64,000 nt of DNA from the NCBI GenBank assembly GCA_049287185.1, contig JBAQFI010000012.1:54659-118658 (forward strand), given 5' to 3'. The stretch is from Minisyncoccia bacterium (lineage in GTDB: Bacteria > Patescibacteriota > Minisyncoccia > Phycocordibacterales > GWA1-40-21). The translations under genes and the position numbers were made by a program. The notes under the pieces were generated by a model that saw only the letters and a list, made by a program, of their open reading frames with translations, was not told the DNA's origin and ran no database searches. Shown here piece after piece: positions 27,036-37,743 of this stretch; position 1 is the first letter of the stretch; every line of letters begins with the position of its first letter.

Positions 27036-27518
27036 TTAGAAAGGTAATCTTTGAGTTAGACTATTTTGAATGACGAAGTCAATCACACCAGGCTTCGTGG
27101 CAGTATAAGTTAAAACTCTATCCATAACCACAACAGAGAGAATGACCAGTAAACTTAATAAGGTAATGGCGATGGCTTTCTTGTCGAACTTCCATTTTTT
27201 GAGAGAAATTTCGTAGGGAACAGCTAGGGCATAAAGACTAACAGAAAATGGAACTACAAGACTTAAAGTAAAAATTAAACCCCAGAAAACTTCGTTTAGA
27301 CCAACTAATTGTTTAGAAATAGTGATGGTGTACCAGATAAACTTGAGAGCAATAATAATGTAATAAAAATGTGAGACAACTAAATAACCATAAATTAATA
27401 AAAAGATGGTTGTAAATAATGAGGTCCAGCTAGGTGATAAATAAAAATTAATAATTTTCTTGAGATAAGATTCGTTTTCCATAAGCCCCATTCTATCATT
27501 ATTTGCTAAGTTTGACAA
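27036..27518 (-). CDS. polytopic membrane protein, hypothetical
   Basis: 160 aa, four or five hydrophobic helices. Confidence 0.4.
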   Translation of the reverse strand: MSNLANNDRMGLMENESYLKKIINFYLSPSWTSLFTTIFLLIYGYLVVSHFYYIIIALKFIWYTITISKQLVGLNEVFWGLIFTLSLVVPFSVSLYALAVPYEISLKKWKFDKKAIAITLLSLLVILSVVVMDRVLTYTATKPGVIDFVIQNSLTQRLPF

Positions 27519-27658
27519 TGTTTATATAATAGGTTGCATATTGGTACGGTTTGTGACATACTTTAAGGGTCGGAGATGTTTCTCGCAGGGGTTAGGTTTT
27601 CTTAGCCAAGGTGCGAAGGTCGCTTCTTACGATATTTAGAAGATTATGTTTCGCAAAA

Positions 27659-27976
27659 ATGGCAAAGAAATTATACGTTGGTAACCTATCTTATGGTACT
27701 ACTGACGAAGCCTTAAATGCAGCTTTTGCTCAAATTGGTGCTGTTGAATCAGCTTCTGTCCTTAAAGACAAGATGACTGGTCGCTCACGTGGTTTTGGTT
27801 TTGTTACCATGACTAACGATGATGAAGCTACCAAAGCAATTGACTCATTGAATGGTACTGAGCTTGATGGTCGTAAATTGACTGTCAATGAAGCTAAGCC
27901 TATGACCGAACGTCCTCCACGTCGTGACTTCAACAGTCGCGGTGGAAATGACTACGGTTCTAGAATGAGCTACTAG
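27659..27976 (+). CDS. RRM-type RNA-binding protein with C-terminal RGG-like tail
   Basis: RNP-2 LYVGNL, RNP-1 RGFGFVTM; tail RRDFNSRGGNDYGSR; GC-rich 80-nt leader upstream. Confidence 0.85.
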   Translation: MAKKLYVGNLSYGTTDEALNAAFAQIGAVESASVLKDKMTGRSRGFGFVTMTNDDEATKAIDSLNGTELDGRKLTVNEAKPMTERPPRRDFNSRGGNDYGSRMSY

Positions 27977-27984
27977 TTGTTCAG

Positions 27985-28017
27985 AAAAAAATCGCACCAC
28001 TCGGTGCGATTTTTTTG
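27985..28017. terminator. bidirectional rho-independent terminator
   Basis: aaaaaaatcgcacc-actc-ggtgcgatttttttg. Confidence 0.85.
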
Positions 28018-28028
28018 TTGTTATTTTT

Positions 28029-29825
28029 TTATATATTTCCCTGAACTTTTCTTTCTGAACGAACGCGATCATTTTTGGTCAAATACTTTGAACGCAATCT
28101 GACACATTCAGGAGTAATTTCTAGATATTCAGTATTGGCCATAATTTCCATACCACGTTCAATACTAAGTTTGAACGGTGGAGTCAGGTAAATTGCTTCA
28201 TCAGAACAAGTCTGACGCACATTACTTTGAACTTTTCCTTTAGTCGGATTTACCTCCATTTCTTCGCCTTTACTGGTGTTACCAACAATCATACCTTCAT
28301 AAACCTCGGTACCTGGTTCAATATAAACAACTCCACGGTCTTGTAGTCCCCAGAGAGCAAAGGCGAGAGCCTTGCCGTCGGCCATAGAAATCATTGAGCC
28401 AGTTTCTTTTTTCTTTATTTCACCAACGTAAGGTTTGAAACCAATCACTCGAGAACAAATAATACCTTCACCTTTGGTATCAATAATAAATTGACCGCGG
28501 TAACCCAGGAGACCTCTGGTAGGAATTTCAAAAACAACACGAGCTTGTCTGTCATGGATTTTCATATTAGTCATAATGCCACGACGTTTATTTATTTGTT
28601 CAATCACAGCACCAGAATAAACTTCCGGAACATCAATAGTGAGTTCTTCAAAAGGTTCGTGATCAACACCATCAACATTTTTAATAATAACGTGCGGTTG
28701 AGAAATCTGTAGTTCAAAACCTTCACGACGCATATTCTCAATTAAAATAGCGATATGTAGTTCACCACGTCCAAAGACTTTAAAACCATCAACATCATCA
28801 AAATCAACTCGTAAACCGACGTTAATTTCTAGTTCCTTTTCTAGACGTTCTCTGATTTGACGACTGGTAACAAATTTACCTTCGCGACCGGCAAAAGGGG
28901 AATCATTGATAAGAAAATTTAAAGAAATAGTTGGTTCGTCAATGTTAATAGATGGTAAAGCTGGTTCATCGGCATTATCAGTTATCGTTTCTCCAATATA
29001 AGCATCATTGATACCGGCGATCATTACGATGTCTCCAGCAACAGCTTCATCAACTTCCTTTTTGGTCATACCGTAAAAAGTAAAAAGTTTAGTAATCTTT
29101 TTTTGACGAATAGCTCCGCTTTCATCTTTAATAAAAATTTGAGACAAATTATTTATTTTTCCAGAATAAATACGGGCAATAGCTAAACGTCCCATGAAAT
29201 TATCATAACCAAGGTTAAAAATTTGAGCACTTAAAGACTTGGTGGTGTCACTGCTAGCCGGTGGAACTTTTTCCAGGATTAAATCTAAAAGGGGATTTAA
29301 ATCTTTCTTTTCATCCGTTAGATTTTTCATGGCGACACCTTCGCGACCGATAGCATAAATAGTTGAGAAATCTAATTGTTCGTTGTTAGCCCCAAGTTCC
29401 ATAAATAATTCTAAAACTTCTTCGTGAGCTTTTTCTGGGTTAGCCGCTGGTTTATCAATTTTATTGATAACGACAATTGGCTTGAGACCAAGTTCAAGAG
29501 ATTTCTTTAAAACGAAACGAGTTTGGGGCATTGGACCCTCCTGAGCATCAACCACGAGGAGTACAGTATCGATGGAACGAAGTACGCGCTCAACTTCTGA
29601 GCCGAAGTCAGCGTGGCCAGGTGTATCAACAATATTGATCTTTGTATCTTTGTAAAAAATAGAAGTATTTTTGGCATATATAGTAATACCACGCTCTTGT
29701 TCGAGTTTGTTGGTGTCCATGGTAAAACCAAGCTCAGCCATTCCAGACTGTTGCATCAAAGCATCAGTAAGAGTGGTTTTACCATGGTCAACGTGAGCGA
29801 TTATTGCAATATTTCGTATTTCCAT
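28029..29825 (-). CDS. typA: translational GTPase TypA/BipA
   Basis: [41 protein letters not shown]. Confidence 0.9.
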   Translation of the reverse strand: MEIRNIAIIAHVDHGKTTLTDALMQQSGMAELGFTMDTNKLEQERGITIYAKNTSIFYKDTKINIVDTPGHADFGSEVERVLRSIDTVLLVVDAQEGPMPQTRFVLKKSLELGLKPIVVINKIDKPAANPEKAHEEVLELFMELGANNEQLDFSTIYAIGREGVAMKNLTDEKKDLNPLLDLILEKVPPASSDTTKSLSAQIFNLGYDNFMGRLAIARIYSGKINNLSQIFIKDESGAIRQKKITKLFTFYGMTKKEVDEAVAGDIVMIAGINDAYIGETITDNADEPALPSINIDEPTISLNFLINDSPFAGREGKFVTSRQIRERLEKELEINVGLRVDFDDVDGFKVFGRGELHIAILIENMRREGFELQISQPHVIIKNVDGVDHEPFEELTIDVPEVYSGAVIEQINKRRGIMTNMKIHDRQARVVFEIPTRGLLGYRGQFIIDTKGEGIICSRVIGFKPYVGEIKKKETGSMISMADGKALAFALWGLQDRGVVYIEPGTEVYEGMIVGNTSKGEEMEVNPTKGKVQSNVRQTCSDEAIYLTPPFKLSIERGMEIMANTEYLEITPECVRLRSKYLTKNDRVRSERKVQGNI

Positions 29826-30113
29826 ATAATTTGTTACTTAACTTAGTTTTGAAAAACAGTTGCTATACTTGCCCGGCGAAAATTTATTCTGATAAATTTT
29901 GACGGGTTTCTAATTTCCATATGTTTATTTTTCACTAGGTCTCCAAGGTAGAAACGAAAAAGGGATAAAACCCTTTTGATTTCGCACTCTATTGTATAGA
30001 CTGTAAAACGTTGAGAATTATACATTTTTTTGAATTCGAAGTCAACTTATCTTTTAAATAAAACAATTAAAAAACCCTCTTTTCAGGAGGGTTTAGTAGT
30101 TTTTTGTTAAAAT

Positions 30114-30458
30114 TTAAAGATCAGAACTGCCCAGGTGGTAGCGTTCCAAAACATTTTTATCCACCGACCACCTGTTCTCAAGTAGGTGATTGATAAATTC
30201 GTCATGGATCAGGGGTGCATTACCTTTGGCCACCGTAACAGTTTTTTCGCGTTTGTAGCAATCATCTTCCTCGAACAAGCTGGCCGTGATGCCAAACTTC
30301 TCAAAAGAAAGATCATAGCTAATTTCCTTCTTAAGAATAGTCTTGTCTTGTTTGACAAGATTACCTTTCGGGATAAGAGCTTTGGCAAATTCCTCTTGAC
30401 CATGAATTGTCGGGACGCAAAGCGAAACCCACACCTTTCCACTAAAATCAGTGAGCAT
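30114..30458 (-). CDS. hypothetical protein
   Basis: 114 aa; no motif recognised. Confidence 0.35.
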   Translation of the reverse strand: MLTDFSGKVWVSLCVPTIHGQEEFAKALIPKGNLVKQDKTILKKEISYDLSFEKFGITASLFEEDDCYKREKTVTVAKGNAPLIHDEFINHLLENRWSVDKNVLERYHLGSSDL

Positions 30459-30621
30459 AGAAAATCTCCGTTTTTACCCGTTAAGGTTTTAGCTAGTAGA
30501 AAATCAAAGTTTTGATTTTCCGCATTATACTTCCCAGTATAATGTACTAGCTAAAATTTTCTCGGGTGAATTGTTATTGTTCGTTCTATTTTTATCCTAA
30601 CAGACTTTTTGAGTATGTCAA

Positions 30622-31341
30622 TTACAATTCGTAGACCACATCTTTTCTCTCTACCACTACCTTCCATTTGTTGATTTTGGCATAGCGAAAAAGTTTTTGA
30701 TTAGGATTAAAACAAATTGGTTTATCAACTAGTTCTAGCATCGGTATATCTCCTTCTGTATCACCAACAGCCACTGAACCTTTTAGAGTCAGGTTTTCTT
30801 TCTCTACCGCCCGGCGAACGATATTGCCTTTATTCGAAATAATATGCTCATCCATAGTCTTCCCGGTTAATTGATCCTCTGGGCCTAGCTCATAAATGCG
30901 ACCGTAAACTTTGTCAAAACCAAAATGTTTACAGAATTTGTCCAGAATACCTTTTGGTGATTGGGAAATAGCAATAATAAAATAATCCTTGTCTTTCAAT
31001 TTTTTAACTAAATCTTTGGTATATATATAAGTTTTCTTGTAATTTTTTTCCACCATTTCCTCAGCAATATCCATGAAAGTTTTATAAGGCACTCCCTTGA
31101 TATGTTTCTCAAAGGAATGAACAACCGCCATAATATAATCTTCATACTGACCACGGCGATTAATCCAGTCTTCCTTTGTTTTTAAAAATTCAGCAGCACT
31201 TTCCTTAGAAAAAACATTTCTTTTAATAAGTTCCTCGACAATCTCGATGAGAAGGGAAGAACGAAAGATAGTACCGTCAACATCAAAAAATGCCACTTTT
31301 CTTTTGGTCAATTTATTCCTGCTTGGTTCGGATTTAAACAT
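30622..31341 (-). CDS. HAD-superfamily hydrolase (HAD-IB/phosphoserine-phosphatase-like)
   Basis: Motif I FFDVDGTIF, motif IV AVGDTEGDIPM. Confidence 0.75.
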   Translation of the reverse strand: MFKSEPSRNKLTKRKVAFFDVDGTIFRSSLLIEIVEELIKRNVFSKESAAEFLKTKEDWINRRGQYEDYIMAVVHSFEKHIKGVPYKTFMDIAEEMVEKNYKKTYIYTKDLVKKLKDKDYFIIAISQSPKGILDKFCKHFGFDKVYGRIYELGPEDQLTGKTMDEHIISNKGNIVRRAVEKENLTLKGSVAVGDTEGDIPMLELVDKPICFNPNQKLFRYAKINKWKVVVERKDVVYEL

Positions 31342-31415
31342 AGTAATATTTTATCATAAAGAATGAAAAAAGCGGACCAGGTAGTTTGGGTCCGCTTTGT
31401 GAGTTAATTACTAAC

Positions 31416-31823
31416 TCATTTTGTTACTGAGACTAGCTTGCCGGAACAGATATAATCACCAATCCTAGATTTGATGACCATTTCGTCACAGCCGGCAGTC
31501 ATTAGCACCTCATTAGTTTCATTGCTACCTGAAATAGCAATAATCTTTCCATTAAACACTCCCTTTTTGCGCTGCTCCATAATTAGAGCAATGATGGGTA
31601 ATGTTTCCACCTGACTGTGACCTAAACTACCATCAACCATAATGGCGTTCAGGTTAGAAGATTTTTGGAGAATAATTCTCTTGGCATCATCAACGGTTTT
31701 AGCCACCATCAAATCCACTTTTTTAGGATTGTACATGGCCATGATAATTTCGGTAACTCCAGCAATTATGCCCGGATAGTCCTCAACTAAAAGAAAAGAA
31801 TAATTTGCATTATCTTTTTTCAT
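31416..31823 (-). CDS. single-domain response-regulator receiver (atypical)
   Basis: FLLVEDYPG, AIMVDGSLG (Asp present but DxxMP replaced), IIAISGSNE, AGCDEMVIKS. Confidence 0.55.
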   Translation of the reverse strand: MKKDNANYSFLLVEDYPGIIAGVTEIIMAMYNPKKVDLMVAKTVDDAKRIILQKSSNLNAIMVDGSLGHSQVETLPIIALIMEQRKKGVFNGKIIAISGSNETNEVLMTAGCDEMVIKSRIGDYICSGKLVSVTK

Positions 31824-31963
31824 AAGAACTCCTTTGTTAGACGAACATGATTAGTGTTTTAGTCTTGTTTTATTTTCTTTCAATACATTAATACAAAAAA
31901 TAGTATTTGTCAAATAAAATAGCGGCATCAAATAAATTTGATGCCGCATATAGCATTGAAATG

Positions 31964-32398
31964 TTAGTCCTTTCTTTTGAGAGTAAAAAGTTTTTCCTCT
32001 GTAATCATTGATGATAGACCACAGGGCTTTTTGAAAGCAAAGTCACAACCGGCATGGAGAAGATCTCTGTTCGAATAATCATCTCCAGAAATTGCAATGG
32101 CAACACCTTTGAAAGTATTGTTTTTTCGTTTTTCGACGATCTTCTCCATTATTGGCAATGTCTCGAGAATAACTTCACCGCCTTTTCCTCTTTTCCCGAG
32201 ATTACCGTCGACGAGAACGATATCAATTTTCGAGTGGTGTTCAGAAAATTTTTTTTCTGCTACCTCAAGGTTGTTGGCTTCAATTATCTCCACCATGATG
32301 TTTTTGTAGAAGCACTTAATCGAACAACGAATTAGTCTAACGATACTCTCATCATCCTCAATTATCATCATTACGTAGTGTTTCTTCTCACTCTTCAT
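31964..32398 (-). CDS. single-domain response-regulator receiver (atypical), paralog of 31416..31823
   Basis: MMIIEDDESI, IVLVDGNLGKRGKGG, AIAISGDD, AGCDFAFKKP. Confidence 0.55.
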   Translation of the reverse strand: MKSEKKHYVMMIIEDDESIVRLIRCSIKCFYKNIMVEIIEANNLEVAEKKFSEHHSKIDIVLVDGNLGKRGKGGEVILETLPIMEKIVEKRKNNTFKGVAIAISGDDYSNRDLLHAGCDFAFKKPCGLSSMITEEKLFTLKRKD

Positions 32399-32553
32399 GA
32401 TATGTCCCTTTCGTAATTTTTGCTATTTTAAAGATCAAATATTTATATAAAATACTACATAATTATGTATAACCTGTCAAGTTAATATGAATTGTGCAGT
32501 ATATTGTCTAACTAGGATTGTAAATAAGTTACAAAATCTGGTATAATTTCTGA

Positions 32554-34920
32554 ATGAAGTTGGAAATTGAAAAGTTAAAAAAGTACGTTCGAGCGACAAA
32601 CTATTTGTCTGTCTCACAGATCTATTTAAAAAATAATTACTTACTTAATGAGCCACTAAGTTTTGGAGACATTAAACCCAGACTTTTGGGTCACTGGGGA
32701 ACTTGTCCAGGCATTAACTTTGTTTATGCAAATCTCAATAATTTAGCCATAAAAAAACAAGCCAAGATTATTTTTCTTCTTGGACCTGGCCATGGTTTTC
32801 CGGCTCTTCAAGCCAACTTATTTTTAGAGGGTACTTTAGAAAAGTATTATGACAAAGCGGTTCGAGATCAATTTGGCATTGCCTATATTTCTAAAAACTT
32901 TTCTTGGCCATATGGTTTTCCAAGTCATAGCTCACCGGTCACTCCAGGAGTTATATTAGAAGGTGGAGAACTTGGTTATTCTTTGTCCACGGCTTTTGGG
33001 GCTGTACTTGATAATCCAGATCTCATTGCCGCGACTCTAGTCGGTGATGGTGAAGCTGAAACTGGCCCGACCGCCACAGCTTGGCACTTGAGTAAACTCT
33101 TAAACCCAGCTGGTGATGGAGCCGTCTTACCGATTTTACATTTAAATGGTTATAAAATTTCTGGACCAACTATTTTTGGTCGGATGGATGACAAGGACTT
33201 GTTAAAACTTTTCTATGGTTATGGTTATTTACCGATGATTGTTAGTGGCCATGATGACAAAGTTTATAAGCAAATGATTAAAGCTCTGGAAACATGTTAT
33301 GAAGAAATTCGAGCCATTCAAAAACAAGCTCGCGCTGGAAAGAAAAATCCGAACAAATTTCCACGTTATCCGATGATAATAATGCGGACACCAAAGGGTT
33401 GGACTGGTATTAAAACCCTCAAGCATGAAAAAATGGAGGGCAACAATTTGTCCCACCAAGTGGTTGGCAAGGAAGCCAAGACTGATAAAGAAGAAATGTA
33501 CGCTCTAGAAGCCTGGCTGAAGAGTTATAGGTTCCATGAATTATTTTCTCCACGTAAGGGCTGGCACAAAGATATTGTCTCCCTTATTCCAGATGAGGAA
33601 CTGTTAATGGGTAATAATCCTGTAACCTTTGGTTTAAAAAATAATCACCGGGATTTAATCTTGCCAGATATTTCAGAAATACAGATTGATGAAGTTGAGC
33701 CAGGTTCTCAAGAAAACCTAGTTAGCGCCATGCGCAAAATTGGCAGTTACTTTAATCAAATTTTTAAACTTAACTCTGCGAGTAAAAATTTCCGCATTAT
33801 GTCACCAGATGAAACTTACTCCAATAGATTGGATGAGGTTTTTCAAACAGTCGGACGAGTGTGGTCAGGAAAACTTGAAAAATGGGATAAAGATTTTTCT
33901 ACCGATGGCCGAGTGATGGAGATGTTATCAGAACACTCACTCCAAGGTTTACTCCAGGGTTATGTTTTAACTGGACGTTTTGGAGTGTTTGTTTCTTACG
34001 AATCTTTTGTTCAGATTGTTTCCAGTATGGCTGATCAATATGCCAAGTTTCTAAAAATTTCTCGGGATGTTTTTTGGCGAGGGGATTTACCATCATTTAA
34101 TTACATTTTAACCAGTACTGGTTGGCGCCAAGAACATAATGGTTTTTCTCACCAGAATCCAGGCTTTATGGATTCATTACTACAAAAACATAATAATTTT
34201 GTCAGTGTCTTTTTCCCTCCAGATGCCAACTCGGCCGTTGCTGTAATGGAAAGATGTTTAAAAGGTAGGAATGAAATGAATATTATTGTGGCCGAAAAAA
34301 CCCCTGAGGTTATGTGGCTCACACCAGAGGAGGCTCAGAAAGAGTTGCAAGAAGGTTTGATGATCTGGTCCTTCGCGAGTGATGAGAATCCGGACATTGT
34401 TTTATCTGCGGCTGGACAATATTTAACCATCGAGACATTGGCTGCCGTTGATTTGATTAAAAAGGAAGTGCCAAAGGCTAAGATTCGTTTTGTAAACATA
34501 TTAGAACTATCAGCCAACACTTTAGGTAGTTCAACGACTAAAATGTCTCAAGCTGAATTTGAGAGTTATTTTACCTCAGATAAACCGGTCATTATTAATT
34601 TTCATGGTTATCCAGAGACGCTAAAGCAAAGTCTTTTTGACTACCAAAACCAGCTAGGCAGGATTATCATTCATGGTTATAATGAACGTGGCTCGACTAC
34701 GACACCTTTTGATTTACATTTACGTAATAGCAATAGTCGCTATAATTTGGCTATAGAAGCATTTGATAAGTTGTCCGCGTCCGATGTTATAACAAAAGAT
34801 GAGGCAGAAAAACTAAAACATAAATATTATACCAAAATTTTTGAAGCCATCGCTTATGCTAAAGAAAATGGTGTTGATAAGCCAGAGATAGTGGAATGGA
34901 AGTGGAAAGGTAAAAAATAA
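32554..34920 (+). CDS. xfp: xylulose-5-phosphate/fructose-6-phosphate phosphoketolase
   Basis: GHWGTCPG, GPGHG, EGGELGYSL, 788 aa; extended -10 TGGTATAAT 6 nt before the ATG. Confidence 0.9.
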   Translation: MKLEIEKLKKYVRATNYLSVSQIYLKNNYLLNEPLSFGDIKPRLLGHWGTCPGINFVYANLNNLAIKKQAKIIFLLGPGHGFPALQANLFLEGTLEKYYDKAVRDQFGIAYISKNFSWPYGFPSHSSPVTPGVILEGGELGYSLSTAFGAVLDNPDLIAATLVGDGEAETGPTATAWHLSKLLNPAGDGAVLPILHLNGYKISGPTIFGRMDDKDLLKLFYGYGYLPMIVSGHDDKVYKQMIKALETCYEEIRAIQKQARAGKKNPNKFPRYPMIIMRTPKGWTGIKTLKHEKMEGNNLSHQVVGKEAKTDKEEMYALEAWLKSYRFHELFSPRKGWHKDIVSLIPDEELLMGNNPVTFGLKNNHRDLILPDISEIQIDEVEPGSQENLVSAMRKIGSYFNQIFKLNSASKNFRIMSPDETYSNRLDEVFQTVGRVWSGKLEKWDKDFSTDGRVMEMLSEHSLQGLLQGYVLTGRFGVFVSYESFVQIVSSMADQYAKFLKISRDVFWRGDLPSFNYILTSTGWRQEHNGFSHQNPGFMDSLLQKHNNFVSVFFPPDANSAVAVMERCLKGRNEMNIIVAEKTPEVMWLTPEEAQKELQEGLMIWSFASDENPDIVLSAAGQYLTIETLAAVDLIKKEVPKAKIRFVNILELSANTLGSSTTKMSQAEFESYFTSDKPVIINFHGYPETLKQSLFDYQNQLGRIIIHGYNERGSTTTPFDLHLRNSNSRYNLAIEAFDKLSASDVITKDEAEKLKHKYYTKIFEAIAYAKENGVDKPEIVEWKWKGKK

Positions 34921-34925
34921 TAAAA

Positions 34926-36104
34926 ATGAAAAAATATTTAATCGTCAATACTGGTAGTGCCTCAAAAAAATACGCTTTATATGAAGGGGACAAGAGACTT
35001 TTCTTTTCGCATTTTGAGACTGAGAACGGCGGGTATATTCTAACCAATTTTTACGGAGATTCGATTGAGAAAAAAAATATTACTCAAGATAGTTTTAATG
35101 ATTCTCTAAATTTTGTTTTAGGCGAACTCGTTAATCATAAAAGAATATCTGACTATAGTGACGTTATGGCTATCGGAGTCAGAGTGGTTGCTCCCGGAAA
35201 TTATTTTCTTGAACATAGATTGCTTGATGAAAAATATTTATCAGAACTTCAAATCGCCAAGGAAAAAGCGCCACTTCATTTGACCTCAATTTTAATTGAA
35301 ATTGAAAAGATTAAAAAGATGTTTCCAAGTACTGTGCTTTACGGTATCTCGGATAGTGCTTTTTATAAGGATTTACCAACTGTGGCAAAAACATACGGTA
35401 TTTCTACCGATATAGCGGAGAAGTATGGCATTTATCGTTTTGGTTATCATGGTCTCTCACTGCAATCACTAGTATCAAAGATACCAAAAGTTTTTGGACG
35501 TTTACCTTCAAAAACAGTGGTTTGCCACATTGGTGGTGGTGTTAGTTTGGTGGCGATTAAAGATGGTCAAGTGGTTGATACTTCAATGGGTTTTACACCT
35601 CTCGAGGGACTACTAATGGCTACACGAGTTGGAGATATTGATTCCGGAGCTATTCTTTATTTGCAAGAAAAAACTGGTATGAGTATTTTGGAAGTTCGTA
35701 AATATTTAAATTCGGAGTGCGGTCTGCTTGGAGTGAGTGAGAAGAGCGCAGATGTTCGTGATCTTATTGATCTGGAAAAGCAGGGAGACAAATTGGCTAC
35801 TTTAGCTTTAAATTTATATAGTTATAAAATTAAAAAATACATTGGTGCTTATACTGCAGCTATGAATGGTCTAAATGGGATTGTTTTCTCCGGCACGATT
35901 GGAGAAAGATCCTTTATTATGCGTGAGAGAATTCTCAGAGATTTGGAATGTTTTGGTGTTAAATTAAATCTAGATAAGAATGACCTCGCTATTGCGGAGG
36001 ACAAAGTGATTAGTAGTTGGCTTAGCAAAGTAAAGGTGATGGTTGTCCCAACAGATGAGATGAAACAACTAGCAGTAGAAACGTTAAATCTTGCAAAAGA
36101 TTAG
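34926..36104 (+). CDS. ackA: acetate kinase
   Basis: LIVNTGSASKKYALY, acetate/propionate kinase length; 5 nt after xfp stop. Confidence 0.85.
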   Translation: MKKYLIVNTGSASKKYALYEGDKRLFFSHFETENGGYILTNFYGDSIEKKNITQDSFNDSLNFVLGELVNHKRISDYSDVMAIGVRVVAPGNYFLEHRLLDEKYLSELQIAKEKAPLHLTSILIEIEKIKKMFPSTVLYGISDSAFYKDLPTVAKTYGISTDIAEKYGIYRFGYHGLSLQSLVSKIPKVFGRLPSKTVVCHIGGGVSLVAIKDGQVVDTSMGFTPLEGLLMATRVGDIDSGAILYLQEKTGMSILEVRKYLNSECGLLGVSEKSADVRDLIDLEKQGDKLATLALNLYSYKIKKYIGAYTAAMNGLNGIVFSGTIGERSFIMRERILRDLECFGVKLNLDKNDLAIAEDKVISSWLSKVKVMVVPTDEMKQLAVETLNLAKD

Positions 36105-36111
36105 TTAAATT

Positions 36112-36145
36112 AAAACCGACACTCAAATGAGTGTCGGTTTTTTTA
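36112..36145. terminator. bidirectional rho-independent terminator
   Basis: aaaaccgacactc-aaat-gagtgtcggttttttt. Confidence 0.85.
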
Positions 36146-36154
36146 GTTCTGTTA

Positions 36155-36847
36155 TTACTCTTTTCTGAATGGAGCTTTTTTGATAATCTGCACAATTTTA
36201 TCCATGTCATCGGTTGTAACGAAAAAATCCATGTCTTCCTGACTGATAGCACCTTCCTTAATAAAATAATCAAAAAGAGGGGTCAGAGATTCATCCCAAT
36301 ATTTTTTACAGAAGAGAATTATTGGTACACGGGGTATTTTTTTAGTTTGAATTAATGTCAATATTCCAAAAAATTCATCCATTGTACCAAAGCCACCCGG
36401 ACAAATAATATAGGCCTCCGCTGAATAATTCATCAAAACTTTTCGAACAAAGAAATAATTAAAATTACGAAAATCAGAAACATATTTATTAAAGGTTTGT
36501 TCATGGGGAAGTTTGATACCATATCCGATGGTAGTACCGCCAGCTTCTATAGCCCCTCTATTAACTGCCTCCATTATGCCCGGCCCTCCACCAGAAACAA
36601 TCGTATAACCGGTTTCTTTGGAGATTTTATTTGATAAGGATCGACATTTTTCATACCATTCGCTACCCTCACCAAATCTGGCAGATCCAAAAAAAGTAAC
36701 TGATTTCGGATGTTTGGCAGTAAGTTCAAAACCCTTGAGAAATTCCTCATTAATTACTCTATATTTTCTCACAAAATGAGAAATCATTTCATCTCTCGAG
36801 AGAGGACCACTCTGATGTGGTTCTTTCGTCTTTTTAAAATTAAACAT
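36155..36847 (-). CDS. LOG family protein (cytokinin riboside 5'-monophosphate phosphoribohydrolase-like, TIGR00730)
   Basis: SGGGPGIMEAV and PGGFGTMDE. Confidence 0.8.
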   Translation of the reverse strand: MFNFKKTKEPHQSGPLSRDEMISHFVRKYRVINEEFLKGFELTAKHPKSVTFFGSARFGEGSEWYEKCRSLSNKISKETGYTIVSGGGPGIMEAVNRGAIEAGGTTIGYGIKLPHEQTFNKYVSDFRNFNYFFVRKVLMNYSAEAYIICPGGFGTMDEFFGILTLIQTKKIPRVPIILFCKKYWDESLTPLFDYFIKEGAISQEDMDFFVTTDDMDKIVQIIKKAPFRKE

Positions 36848-36926
36848 ATATTTATTTTAGCACGATGATAAAAATCATGCGAGTATGCTATAATATAGTC
36901 ATTATAAATTTAATTATTTTGAGGCG

Positions 36927-37427
36927 ATGTCAAAAGAATATAAAACACAAATAGCTGTCGCAGTTGCTGTTGTTGTGGCAGTCTTATTTTTTTCTGGCGC
37001 GGTTACCTGGCTAAATATAGGAGGCGATATTTCAGCTTCATCAGTCAATGAACAGTCTATTAATAATGCAAACAATATTTCACAAGAAAATACAATGGAA
37101 AATAGCAATGAATTAAAAATTGAGGATGTGGTGGTAGGTACTGGGGCAGAAGCAACTGCGGGTAAAAGTGTAACAGTAAATTACACTGGTAAATTTACTA
37201 ATGGTACAGTTTTTGATTCCTCAATTCCTAGAGGAACTCCGTTTACCTTTACTCTGGGCGCTGGCATGGTTATTCCGGGCTGGGATATGGGTGTAGCTGG
37301 AATGAAAGTTGGAGGTAAAAGAATTCTAACTATTCCATCAGATTTAGCCTATGGACCAAACGATTATCAATCTATTCCTGGCGGTTCAACTTTGATTTTT
37401 GAGGTTGATTTGTTGGAGGTCAAATAG
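36927..37427 (+). CDS. FKBP-type peptidyl-prolyl cis-trans isomerase with N-terminal signal/anchor
   Basis: VTVNYTGKFTNGTVFDSS...FTLGAGMVIPGWDMGVAGMKVGGKRILTIP. Confidence 0.85.
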   Translation: MSKEYKTQIAVAVAVVVAVLFFSGAVTWLNIGGDISASSVNEQSINNANNISQENTMENSNELKIEDVVVGTGAEATAGKSVTVNYTGKFTNGTVFDSSIPRGTPFTFTLGAGMVIPGWDMGVAGMKVGGKRILTIPSDLAYGPNDYQSIPGGSTLIFEVDLLEVK

Positions 37428-37490
37428 AAATAATTCAAAAGTTAGAACTCAAATCTCAAAATTGAATCTAAAAAGTGAAAAGTTTGGGAG

Positions 37491-37520
37491 AAGCCGGCAC
37501 CCTACGGGTGCCGGCTTTTG
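37491..37520 (+). terminator. rho-independent terminator
   Basis: aagccggcaccc-tac-gggtgccggcttttg. Confidence 0.8.
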
Positions 37521-37575
37521 ACTACAATTTTTCAAAATGCTATTGTTTAGCTGTTTTATATCAATAATCTTTTTT

Positions 37576-37716
37576 CGTCATTGCGAGGATGTATTCATCC
37601 GTGGCAATCCAGGATTTTTTTAGGATTAGGTCTTACCACAAGGGTATTTCCAATTTCTAATCGCTTCGCTCAAGAAATTTAGGTCTGGATTGCTTCGCAA
37701 GGCTCGCAATGACGAA
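37576..37716. repeat. repeat cluster: variant palindrome, RS-like element, half-site
   Basis: tcgtcattgcgaggatgtattcatccgtggcaatccagg; accacaagggtatttccaatttctaatcgcttcgctcaagaaatttaggtc; ctggattgcttcgcaaggctcgcaatgacg. Confidence 0.8.
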
Positions 37717-37743
37717 AAGGGTGAGTATAACTTTATACATAGT

